Positions 1 to 8,365 of a stretch of 64,000 nucleotides of DNA are shown piece by piece. How positions within the stretch are numbered: the first letter of the stretch is position 1; each line of letters begins with the position of its first letter. A program made the position numbers and the translations under genes. This stretch comes from Deltaproteobacteria bacterium SG8_13 (GTDB lineage: Bacteria > Desulfobacterota > Desulfobacteria > Desulfobacterales > SG8-13): the NCBI GenBank assembly GCA_001303025.1, contig LJNK01000015.1, positions 14,374 through 78,373 of the forward strand. The letters run 5' to 3'. Below the pieces are notes generated by a model. It was not told the origin of the DNA and made no database searches. It saw nothing but the letters and a program-made list of their open reading frames with translations.

Positions 1-436
1 CGAGACCGAAGACAGGAATGTCTCGCTCGGCCTGTGAGTCGGTGACCATGGCGATCAGGTCCGGCCCGCCGGAAAAAAGCGGCTCCCGATGAACCGAAGT
101 CCGGAATATTTCGATTTTGGGTCGGTTTCCCCGCTTGAAACCTTCGGTGATGATCAGGTCGAGATCATCGAAATATCCGACAAGGTCATCCAATTCGTAT
201 TCCCGCAGGCTTTTGACCAGCGAAACGCCATGCGGGGCAGCCAGCATCACGCTCTCGGCGCCGGCGGCCTTGTGCCTCCAGCTGTCTTTTCCCCTGGTGT
301 CCAGATCGATATCGTGTACGGTGTGTTTGATCGTTCCGATTCGGTGACCCCGCCGCTTTAGTTCTGGGATCAGTTTTTCGATCAGCGTTGTCTTCCCGCT
401 TCCGGATTTGCCGATGATGGACAGAATTGCCGGCAT
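1..436 (-). CDS. mobB: Molybdopterin-guanine dinucleotide biosynthesis protein B (3' end runs off the window)
   Basis: Not in ORF track. Manual translation from ATG at 436: MPAILSIIGKSGSGKTTLIEKLIPELKRRGHRIGTIKHTVHDIDLDTRGKDSWRHKAAGAESV. P-loop GKSGSGKTT, IKH and GKDSWRH are MobB signatures. Confidence 0.93.
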   Translation of the reverse strand, partial: MPAILSIIGKSGSGKTTLIEKLIPELKRRGHRIGTIKHTVHDIDLDTRGKDSWRHKAAGAESVMLAAPHGVSLVKSLREYELDDLVGYFDDLDLIITEGFKRGNRPKIEIFRTSVHREPLFSGGPDLIAMVTDSQAERDIPVFGL

Positions 437-545
437 CGCTATACCCCTGAAGTATCGTTGCTTTGCGCCTGCACAACAAGGATCCGTCGAGCAGGCGACC
501 AACTGCGGGCGTTTTGCCCGCAGGGTTTGCTAAAAACACGAACGG

Positions 546-574
546 AAACTATACCTACCGGGAAATGTTGTCAA
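546..574 (-). promoter_or_regulatory. Putative sigma70 promoter upstream of mobB
   Basis: Minus strand TTGACA (574-569), 17-bp spacer, TAGTTT (551-546); about 110 bp upstream of the mobB ATG. Confidence 0.6.
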
Positions 575-803
575 GAAAACTCGAACCGATGGTTCAAATG
601 CGCCCAAGGGCCTGGGTTGGTGTTGCCCCGCAAATCGGACACCGCACGTGCGAGTGCGTACGCCTGAACCCCTGGTTTTCGATATAGAAGGATGCCTTGC
701 GCTGTAATCTGAACCCGGACCCACTATTTTTGAGATCCGGTTGCCGCCTGCGGCAGATGAGAGGGCCTGGTCGCTTCAACGGCCGTCGAAACGTGCAACC
801 CGG

Positions 804-1748
804 TTATCGGGCCGCGACGGGTTGAAATTCGACCTGTTTTTTGCGGGGAATGCATTCTCTGGTGAGAAGAGCGGCGTGGATGGCTGCCACCAGTTTTTCG
901 ACGATGAGTGCGGCGGCGGACAAAACCAGCCAGAGCACGCCGGTCTGGATTCCGCCGGCCATGTCCTGCAGGGTCACGGCAACGACACCGGCAAGGTAAA
1001 GCTCCAGCACGGCCGCCATAACGCCCAGCGCGTATTGCCGGACATAAAAGTATCCGCCGCCGGGAAACAGCAACGCCAGCAGCGCCGCCCAAAAGCCCTG
1101 TTTGAATTTCAATCCGCAGCTCGAGCAGGGACGACTCGGGATCGGCAGGGCAGTGGCACACCGTGGGCAGAGATGCGTTCTGGCAACTGTTTCAGCCATT
1201 TCACCGGCCGTCGATACGGACTTGAGCAGCTGGTTGACCTTTTTCTTCTCTCTGCCGGCCAGGCTGATAAACCTTTCAATGATTCCGTGTTTCTTGTAGG
1301 TGACAACCAGTGACCGGCCTTTCAGCCGGATAGAACTGCAACAGGCGTAAGGAATTTCGGCAACGGATTGCCGGTACTTGTAGGAAGGTGTTGTCGGAAC
1401 GTGAAAGATGCGCTGATCGGTAAAAACCAGCAGCGATCGTTTCAGATATACGAAAAGCCAACCGATTCCGATCTTTTCGAGCAGGGTAACCGGTGAATAG
1501 CAGGTGGTGATGCAAAGGACCTTTTCTGTGCCGCGAACGAACGGCTTTAGAAAAGTGACCTTGATGATCAGATTCCGCTGACGTTTTTCAATACTCTTGC
1601 GATAGGCTTTCTTGTGGTTGGAAAAAAGCACCTGGCGATCCACCGGAAGACCGAAAATCTTCTGCTGAATGACCCCGATCGCTCCGATCGGAGGCGCTTT
1701 CTTCGGATTGCGGGATGCAGGCCGTTTACCGTCCAAAGGTTCCTTCAC
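804..1748 (-). CDS. Hypothetical membrane protein with PH-like region, zinc ribbon and C-terminal TM helices
   Basis: 314-aa ORF; CPRC...CSSC zinc ribbon followed by hydrophobic segments (LALLFPGGGYFY...). Confidence 0.75.
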   Translation of the reverse strand: MKEPLDGKRPASRNPKKAPPIGAIGVIQQKIFGLPVDRQVLFSNHKKAYRKSIEKRQRNLIIKVTFLKPFVRGTEKVLCITTCYSPVTLLEKIGIGWLFVYLKRSLLVFTDQRIFHVPTTPSYKYRQSVAEIPYACCSSIRLKGRSLVVTYKKHGIIERFISLAGREKKKVNQLLKSVSTAGEMAETVARTHLCPRCATALPIPSRPCSSCGLKFKQGFWAALLALLFPGGGYFYVRQYALGVMAAVLELYLAGVVAVTLQDMAGGIQTGVLWLVLSAAALIVEKLVAAIHAALLTRECIPRKKQVEFQPVAAR

Positions 1749-2028
1749 TCTCTACCGCAGGATTGCAACGATTCCCCCAGGGGTTGAAATGGGCTGCTTC
1801 CCACTGCCCACGGCAGCGCTCCTGAAGTGGATTCGCATTTGTCATGCTAATGCATTACAATAACCTACAATTTCTATTGTAACTTCACCGCCCGCGGGTT
1901 GCAAGGACAAAATCTTCCTGCGATATCACCGGGCTCCATCATTGGGGAAACGGACGAATCGATATTTGTCGCGCAATTAAAGGTCGCTGCCCTCTCCCTG
2001 CATATCCCGAAGGCCTCAGCGACGCCGG

Positions 2029-3069
2029 CTACAGACCGTTTTCAGCCAGATCCGCAACCACCTGTTCGATCCCGGCCACCACTCGCGCCAGGCCGGCATA
2101 GTCGATCTGCTCAGGGGTGTCGTTTAGGGTGTGATACGGTGCGTAGCGGTAAAGGGCTGTGTCGGTGATCATCACCGCCGGATAGTTTTCCTTCCAAAAG
2201 GACCAGTGGTCCGACCACCCGATTCCGGTCAGCCAACCCGGCGCCACCACGCCCTCGGAGGGAAAGCGGGAGTGACTTCTGAAAGAAGAAAGCACCCGGC
2301 GCAACAGGTGCCGGGAGGCCAGATTGGATACGAAACCGATGTAATTGCCGGTATCCGGATAAAACAGGGTAAACGGAAACGGATATCGCTGCGAGCCGGC
2401 CCTGTCGTCATAATAGCCGATGGTTTCCAGGGAGAACATGGCGATAATCTGTTCCCTCGCGCGCCGCGCTCTGCGGGCATATACCCTGCTGCCCATCAGC
2501 GGGGTCATGAAAAACGGCGGCTCCTCGTTGACAAAAGCCACCAGTCGCACGGTTCGCGGCAATTTGCGAGCGGCGACAATGGCCGCGATTTCGAGCAGGG
2601 CGGCCACTCCGCTGCCGTTGTCATTGGCACCGGGGCTGCCGATCACCGAGTCATAGTGGGCACCGACTACAATGATGTCTCCAGGCCGGTCTGTCCCGAC
2701 CCATACGGCCTCGATGTTGTCGACGCTGCGGCCTTCGACCTGATAATGATGCCGCGCAACGGGCAGACTGCTGCATTTCAGTTGATCTTCAATGTAGCGC
2801 CCGGCAGCTTCGAGCTGCTTCGGGCGCCAGAGATTGCGTTCGCCAATCTCTCCGGCCAGCACCTGTACATGCCCGCGAAGGCGCTCCTGCAGGTGTTTCT
2901 CTGTATCTGTAAGGGGCTGAAGCGCTGCCCGATATGATTCACCCGGCATTCGGAACATCATCATCACCATCACTCCGAATGCAGCAATTAGGGCAAAAAC
3001 GACCCCGGGGAGCCGGAATCCGCTGCGGGTTCTCACTCCGGTGCCCCGGTGCCGCCCCCCGCTTGTCAC
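2029..3069 (-). CDS. M28 family metallopeptidase with N-terminal membrane anchor
   Basis: Motifs VGAHYDS, GANDNGSGVAALLE, FVNEE, SDH, YHT..DT; start overlaps the stop of the upstream lipoprotein gene. Confidence 0.9.
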   Translation of the reverse strand: MTSGGRHRGTGVRTRSGFRLPGVVFALIAAFGVMVMMMFRMPGESYRAALQPLTDTEKHLQERLRGHVQVLAGEIGERNLWRPKQLEAAGRYIEDQLKCSSLPVARHHYQVEGRSVDNIEAVWVGTDRPGDIIVVGAHYDSVIGSPGANDNGSGVAALLEIAAIVAARKLPRTVRLVAFVNEEPPFFMTPLMGSRVYARRARRAREQIIAMFSLETIGYYDDRAGSQRYPFPFTLFYPDTGNYIGFVSNLASRHLLRRVLSSFRSHSRFPSEGVVAPGWLTGIGWSDHWSFWKENYPAVMITDTALYRYAPYHTLNDTPEQIDYAGLARVVAGIEQVVADLAENGL

Positions 3070-3629
3070 TTCTTCAAGCTGTCTCGCACCTCCGGCACCA
3101 GCTCGCGCATCATTCCCTGCAACAGCTCGGCCAGCACCTTGGTATTGACGCCTGGTGAGACAACTGCGGTTTTGCCCAGCGTGCTGGAAAAGGTCTTTTC
3201 GTACACCTTTTTCCCTGCACCGGTTGCCACAATCCGCAGTTTCATGGAGGCGGAATAATCCGTAAGGGATTTTTGAGTGACGAATATCTCCAGAATGTCT
3301 CCGGTAAGCGTAAAATCCGTATCGAACTCGTAGTTTTTCTGGTGGTACTCCACCTGACAGCCGCCCTTATCCAGTTCGTCATGCAGGGCTCTGGAAACCC
3401 ACTCGGCTACTGAAGTCTTTGCATAAAACTCTTTTCCGTCTTTTGTCACTCCGATTGCAGATTTAGGCCTTTTGTCCGTCAGTTGGACGAGCGAGAAACT
3501 CCCCGGGCAAGGTTCCAGATTGATGCCGGTCGTCTGGTATTGCAGATCGATGGCGTTTTTGCCAGCACAACCGATCAAACCGACCACCCCCACCAGGGCA
3601 ACTACCAGGCCAATGGACACTGCTTTCAT
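3066..3629 (-). CDS. Putative lipoprotein (YajG-like)
   Basis: Start reassigned to ATG 3629 (AAGGAGG RBS); signal peptide MKAVSIGLVVALVGVVGLIG-C with lipobox. Confidence 0.75.
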   Translation of the reverse strand: MKAVSIGLVVALVGVVGLIGCAGKNAIDLQYQTTGINLEPCPGSFSLVQLTDKRPKSAIGVTKDGKEFYAKTSVAEWVSRALHDELDKGGCQVEYHQKNYEFDTDFTLTGDILEIFVTQKSLTDYSASMKLRIVATGAGKKVYEKTFSSTLGKTAVVSPGVNTKVLAELLQGMMRELVPEVRDSLKK

Positions 3630-3921
3630 GACTGCTCCTCCTTTGTGTTTTTGTGTTTTCTCCACCTGATTGTATTTTGGTTACCTATGACTGGAAACTC
3701 GTATACTGGTTGCCTGCGAACGGAAACGCCGCTCCAACGCGCCCCCTTATAGCACACCGCGTCGGACAAAAACAAGCACGGGAAACCGCCGTGGAATCGG
3801 CACTTTCCTCCAGCCGGCTGTGAACATTGAACTTGCTTCTGCCCGCGGTTTGCCGTAATACCGGAAAGTCGGTTCTGTCCGGCAGCGATAAAATCCCAAC
3901 CACGGGAAGGTTGACCGACCC

Positions 3922-4878
3922 ATGTCGAATCTTACGTCGTTAGACAACATGGCGGCTTACGGGGGCAACGGCTGGTCCCCCCGCCGTTCGTCGATGCAGG
4001 ATGAAATCGGAGTTACCTGGGGGCAGTGCGGCATCTCGGATGAATGGTCCCCGCTGAAAGCCGTTCTGCTCCACCGGCCGGGAGTCGAGCTCGAAAACGG
4101 GTCCCACCCCAACGATGTTCAGATGCTGGCCAAACCGGATCCACAGCTGGCAATCCGGCAGCACGACGCACTGGTTCGTGCCTATGAAGGCGCAGGGGTG
4201 CGGGTGGACTGCCTGGAACCGCCGGCAGCGGTGACACCGAACCAGATGTTCGTTGCCGATTTGATGCTGATGACGCCTGAAGGGGCCATTGTGGCCCGTC
4301 CGGCATCAACCGTGCGGGCTGGCGAAGAGCGGTGGGTGGCACGCAAACTGGCCAATCTGGGGATCCCGATACTCAGAACGGTCGGTGGCAGAGGCGTTTT
4401 TGAAGGAGCAGACGCCGCCTGGATCGACAATCGGACGGTTTTGCTGGGACGGGGGCTGCGCACCAACCCGGAAGGCGCGCGGCAGGTATCGGCGACCCTC
4501 GCAGACATCGGTGTGAGCGTCATCGAAACCGATCTTCCCCGCGGCAGCATGCACCTGATGGGAATTCTGCGTTTCGCCGACCGCGATCTCGCCCTGGCCT
4601 GGCCCCGGCGCCTGGCCCAGCGCGCCATAGACGCACTGCAGGACCACGGTTACGACGTGGCGTTCATTCCCGAAGAAAACGAGGCCCGCAAGGGCTTCGC
4701 ACTGAACTTCGTGACGCTGGGGCCGCGGCAGATCCTGATGCCGGCGGGAAATCCGTCCACCCGTCTTTTTTACGAAAGCCTCGGCATTGACTGCCGGCAG
4801 GTGGAGGTGGACGAGTTGATCAAAGCCGCCGGCGCGGTGGGTTGTCTGACAGGCGTGCTGCAACGCGACAAGTATTGA
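3922..4878 (+). CDS. Amidinotransferase / dimethylarginine dimethylaminohydrolase / arginine deiminase family protein
   Basis: SDEWSPLKAVLLHRPG, PNQMFVAD, FEGAD, GLRTN, MHL and C-terminal GAVGCLT with catalytic Cys. Confidence 0.9.
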   Translation: MSNLTSLDNMAAYGGNGWSPRRSSMQDEIGVTWGQCGISDEWSPLKAVLLHRPGVELENGSHPNDVQMLAKPDPQLAIRQHDALVRAYEGAGVRVDCLEPPAAVTPNQMFVADLMLMTPEGAIVARPASTVRAGEERWVARKLANLGIPILRTVGGRGVFEGADAAWIDNRTVLLGRGLRTNPEGARQVSATLADIGVSVIETDLPRGSMHLMGILRFADRDLALAWPRRLAQRAIDALQDHGYDVAFIPEENEARKGFALNFVTLGPRQILMPAGNPSTRLFYESLGIDCRQVEVDELIKAAGAVGCLTGVLQRDKY

Positions 4879-4958
4879 TCATCCCGAGCCACCGGATCGC
4901 CTGCCGTGGCTTCCGACCGTCACTGCCGACAAACCAACCCGATGCATCCGACAATGCG

Positions 4959-5936
4959 CTACAGCAGTTTCTCCGCCTGCAGCCACCGGATGCAATCCGC
5001 GAGCATTTCCTTCAGCGAAACCGGCCGGTAATCCAACTCCCGGACCGCTTTTTCCGAACTGCACACCAATCGGTTGGTGCCGTAGGCGACTTTCTCGGGG
5101 GTCAGCGAAGGTTCCTTTCGGCTCAGGTACGACATCCAGAGAAAAGCACGCGCAACGGAGCGCAGCAGCCAGTCGGGCATGGCCTTCTGGGGAACGCGCC
5201 GTTCGAGCAGCGTGCCCACTTCTGCGGCCAGCTCAAGATAGGTAGCATCGGCTCCGCCAAGAAGATAGCGCTTACCGCAGCCACCTTGTTTGAATGCGGC
5301 AATGAGGGCTTGTACAACCGAGTGCACGTGACAAAAGCTGCCTTCACCGGATGGAAGGCCCGGAATATCTCCCCGGGCAATCTGTCTGACGATACCACCC
5401 CAGTTCCGTCGATCGTAAGGCCCCAGAATGCTGGCGGGATTGACCACTACGGCATCCAGGCCGCGTTCGACGGCCTGTATCACTTCCAACTCACCCAGTC
5501 GCTTGGTGCGCATGTAGTTGATCCAGCTGTCAGCCGCGTTGGAGGGGGTCTGCTCGGTGATGCGCTCGCGGTGAAAACCGAATGCCGTGATCGAGGAGAC
5601 GTGGATGAAACGGCCGGCCTGGCGCTGCAGGGCTGCAACGACCACGTTGCGGGTCCCGTCGACGTTCACTTCGGTTTGCTGCAGGTTGCGCGGCGACCAC
5701 ATATTGGTGCTGGCCGCCAGGTGAAAAACCACGTCGACTCGTTCCGGCATCGACTTCAGCAAGGACTGCGGGTCGGTAATCGATCCTTCGACCAGCTTCA
5801 CCCCCGGCAGGTCCAGCGGACGGGTGTTGGAAGTGCGGCGGTGCAACGCCACCACCTGCCAGTCTTCTGCCAGCAGGAACTCGATGAGGTTGCGGCCCAC
5901 AAATCCGGTTCCGCCGGTCACAAAGGCAACTCCCAT
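4959..5936 (-). CDS. NAD-dependent epimerase/dehydratase (extended SDR, dihydroflavonol reductase/HpnA-like)
   Basis: TGGTGFVG Rossmann motif, FHLAA, NVDGTRNV, HVSS, YMRTK (YxxxK); GGAG RBS. Confidence 0.9.
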   Translation of the reverse strand: MGVAFVTGGTGFVGRNLIEFLLAEDWQVVALHRRTSNTRPLDLPGVKLVEGSITDPQSLLKSMPERVDVVFHLAASTNMWSPRNLQQTEVNVDGTRNVVVAALQRQAGRFIHVSSITAFGFHRERITEQTPSNAADSWINYMRTKRLGELEVIQAVERGLDAVVVNPASILGPYDRRNWGGIVRQIARGDIPGLPSGEGSFCHVHSVVQALIAAFKQGGCGKRYLLGGADATYLELAAEVGTLLERRVPQKAMPDWLLRSVARAFLWMSYLSRKEPSLTPEKVAYGTNRLVCSSEKAVRELDYRPVSLKEMLADCIRWLQAEKLL

Positions 5937-6032
5937 GGGATTCTCCTTTCTGCAGCCTTACCGGCACAACCAGCGCGGTTTTATCCCACGTGGCAGGTTT
6001 TCTCCAAGCCGAATCCAGGCCCGGCTGAAAGG

Positions 6033-6848
6033 TCAGTGACGGTAGCCGAGGTGAATGACGGCAATCCCGTTGGTCAACCGCCGGTAGGTTACGTCCGCAA
6101 AACCGATCCGCCGGAGCACCGCTGCCAGCTCGTCTGCCAGCGGAAACATGCGGATCGACTCCGGCAGGTGGGTATAAGCCTGCCGGGTACCTGCCAGCAT
6201 CTGACCCAGCAGGGGCATCACGTGCAGGGAATACCGGTCGTAGAACCATCGAAACACGGAATTGGTGGGCTTGGAAAACTCCAAGCACATCATCTTCCCG
6301 CCGCTTTTCAACACCCGATACATTTCCCGGAAGCCCTGCTCCATGTGGGTGACATTGCGGATACCGAAGCCCACCATGACCGCATCGAAGGTTTCGTCGG
6401 GGAACGCGATCTGCTCGGCATTGCCCTGGACGAATTGCACCTGTCTTCTGGCGGCGGCGTTGGTGCTCTTGAACCGCCCGGCTTCCATCATCGCCCGGTT
6501 GATGTCGTAAAGGGCGACCTGCCCGTCCCTGCCCATCGCCCGTAGGGCCAGGATGGAAAGATCGCCGGTTCCGCCGCACACGTCCAGCACCCGGTCACCG
6601 GCCTTGAGCGCCAGCAGTTTCACGGCCGTGCGTTTCCACAGATAGTGAATCCCGAAACTCAGCAACGTGTTCATGAAATCGTACTGGCGGGCGACCGAGT
6701 TAAAGTGGCGAATGACCTGTTCGGTTTTCGCGTCCGCAGCGATTTTGCGGTATCCGTAGTTGGCCGTTTTGTTTCGCTCGATGACCTCATCCAGGTGCGC
6801 CTGCCGGCTGTGCTCATCCCCCCATGTTTGCTGTCCGCGCGCCATCAT
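6033..6848 (-). CDS. ubiE: Demethylmenaquinone/ubiquinone C-methyltransferase UbiE/MenG
   Basis: FNSVARQYDFMNTLLSFGIHYLWK, VLDVCGGTGD, GFGIRNV, RVLKSGG, LEFS, YTHLPESI. Start moved to ATG 6848 (GGGAG RBS); the ORF-track extension to 7139 looks non-coding. Confidence 0.92.
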   Translation of the reverse strand: MMARGQQTWGDEHSRQAHLDEVIERNKTANYGYRKIAADAKTEQVIRHFNSVARQYDFMNTLLSFGIHYLWKRTAVKLLALKAGDRVLDVCGGTGDLSILALRAMGRDGQVALYDINRAMMEAGRFKSTNAAARRQVQFVQGNAEQIAFPDETFDAVMVGFGIRNVTHMEQGFREMYRVLKSGGKMMCLEFSKPTNSVFRWFYDRYSLHVMPLLGQMLAGTRQAYTHLPESIRMFPLADELAAVLRRIGFADVTYRRLTNGIAVIHLGYRH

Positions 6849-7144
6849 GGATCTCCCTGTTTCGATGTTACGGTGGTTGCCGGTTTCCGAAGCTGCCTGA
6901 AGGCTGTGATCTGTGAACGATCCACCTATATCAGAGTAATCATGACAGTTCCAGATGGAAGCGTGTGAACCAGAAATGCAGATCGTCATTTGACGGGCAC
7001 GCTTTACCTGTCGGGAAGGAAAGCACTTGATGTCGGGCGGTTTGTATTGTAAGCAGATCTTTTCACCCCGGCCCGACGCAACCAGGTATTGCCGGCAGGA
7101 CCCACAGCGGTCCAGCACGCCGGCCGAACGATTCGACAAGGAGG

Positions 7145-7618
7145 ATGGAGATGCAGAAGATGCCCCGCACCGATCGACGGCCCACCGCTGCCACTTTAGG
7201 GATCGTCTTACTGCTGTTGATTCTCGGCGTTTATCCCCCCGTCGAGGGCCATGCTGCCGAAAAGTATCAGCATCTGGTAAATTGCGACCTTCATCAAGGC
7301 ACGTGCAGCCAACGACTGCAGGAAACCGACATTCTCCTGGAGGTAACGCCCCGACCGGTGAAAGCCATGACGGATCTGCTCTTCAGGGTGACACTTGTCG
7401 GTAAATTCGCATCCCCGGAAAGCGCCCCCTATATCGATTTGGGTATGCCAGGCATGAACATGGGGCCGAACCGGGTACTGCTGAAGTCTTCCGGGCCGTC
7501 TTCATATGAAGGCCAGGGGGTCATCGTCCGGTGTCCGAGCGGCAGGAAGATCTGGCAGGCAACGGTGACGTTGCCGGATCTGGGGGTGGTTAGCTTCGTA
7601 TTTCATGTCATCTATTGA
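7145..7618 (+). CDS. Exported FixH/YtkA-like protein, probable copper/oxidase assembly accessory
   Basis: AAGGAGG RBS, signal-like hydrophobic N-terminus, CDLHQGTC, Met-rich MPGMNMG, VRCPSG; overlaps the downstream DsbD_2-type gene. Confidence 0.6.
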   Translation: MEMQKMPRTDRRPTAATLGIVLLLLILGVYPPVEGHAAEKYQHLVNCDLHQGTCSQRLQETDILLEVTPRPVKAMTDLLFRVTLVGKFASPESAPYIDLGMPGMNMGPNRVLLKSSGPSSYEGQGVIVRCPSGRKIWQATVTLPDLGVVSFVFHVIY

Positions 7619-8297
7619 AACACTGTCGTTTTTTTACCTTTCCACCGGATTTGCGGTCGGATTCGGGCACTGCATCGGCATGTGCGGTCCGATCGTGGTA
7701 TCATTGTCGCTGAGCCGGAAAGACAAAAGCCTCTGGATCCCCCACTTGCTTTATAACGCCGGCCGCGTGACCACCTATGCCGTTCTGGGCGCCATCATGG
7801 GTGCCACCGGCTCATTTACGGCCATCACCGCCAACATCGCCGGCATTCAGAAAATTGTGCTGATCTTCGCCGGCATTCTGATCGTTATCATGGGGCTGGC
7901 GATGAGCGACTGGCTCCCTTTGGGCCGCCTTTTCGGTGACGGCTATCGTTTCGGCAGGCTGATCTCCGGTGGGTTCCAGCGCCTGACCCGTATCGAATCG
8001 ACCATTGCATACTTACCGCTTGGCCTGCTGCTGGGACTGCTGCCCTGCGGTCCGGTTTACACGGCCTTGCTGGCCGCAACCAGAGCCGGAATGGAAACCG
8101 GTTCACCGACCGCAGGCGCGCTGATCGGCATGACTCTCATGGGCGCATTCGGTATCGGCACGATACCGGCCCTGCTGGCAGTATCACGGCTGGCCGGTAT
8201 CGGTTGGCTGAAATCGCGGCAGTTGATCTATAGAATCGGGGCAGTGCTGATGATCATCGTCGGCCTGTACTTTATCGTCAACGCCTGGCGATATTGA
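7605..8297 (+). CDS. DsbD_2 / TauE-SafE-like membrane protein (cbb3 oxidase or metal-enzyme maturation associated)
   Basis: GFGHCIGMCGP, YNAGRVTTY, GLLPCGPVY, FGIGTIP motifs; about 6 TM helices. Confidence 0.88.
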   Translation: MSSIETLSFFYLSTGFAVGFGHCIGMCGPIVVSLSLSRKDKSLWIPHLLYNAGRVTTYAVLGAIMGATGSFTAITANIAGIQKIVLIFAGILIVIMGLAMSDWLPLGRLFGDGYRFGRLISGGFQRLTRIESTIAYLPLGLLLGLLPCGPVYTALLAATRAGMETGSPTAGALIGMTLMGAFGIGTIPALLAVSRLAGIGWLKSRQLIYRIGAVLMIIVGLYFIVNAWRY

Positions 8298-8365
8298 ACC
8301 AGGCAATACTTGCCGGCAAGCGGGGAAGGAAGGGGTTTTCCCAGAAAGGAGATTTGAAATTTCTA

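Noticed and set aside
4842-6545. 567-aa plus-strand ORF
   Set aside because: Fully antisense to the epimerase and ubiE genes, which have clear family motifs.
6849-7139. N-terminal extension of the ubiE ORF in the track
   Set aside because: No UbiE-like content; a good RBS precedes ATG 6848; the region is probably the divergent promoter gap.
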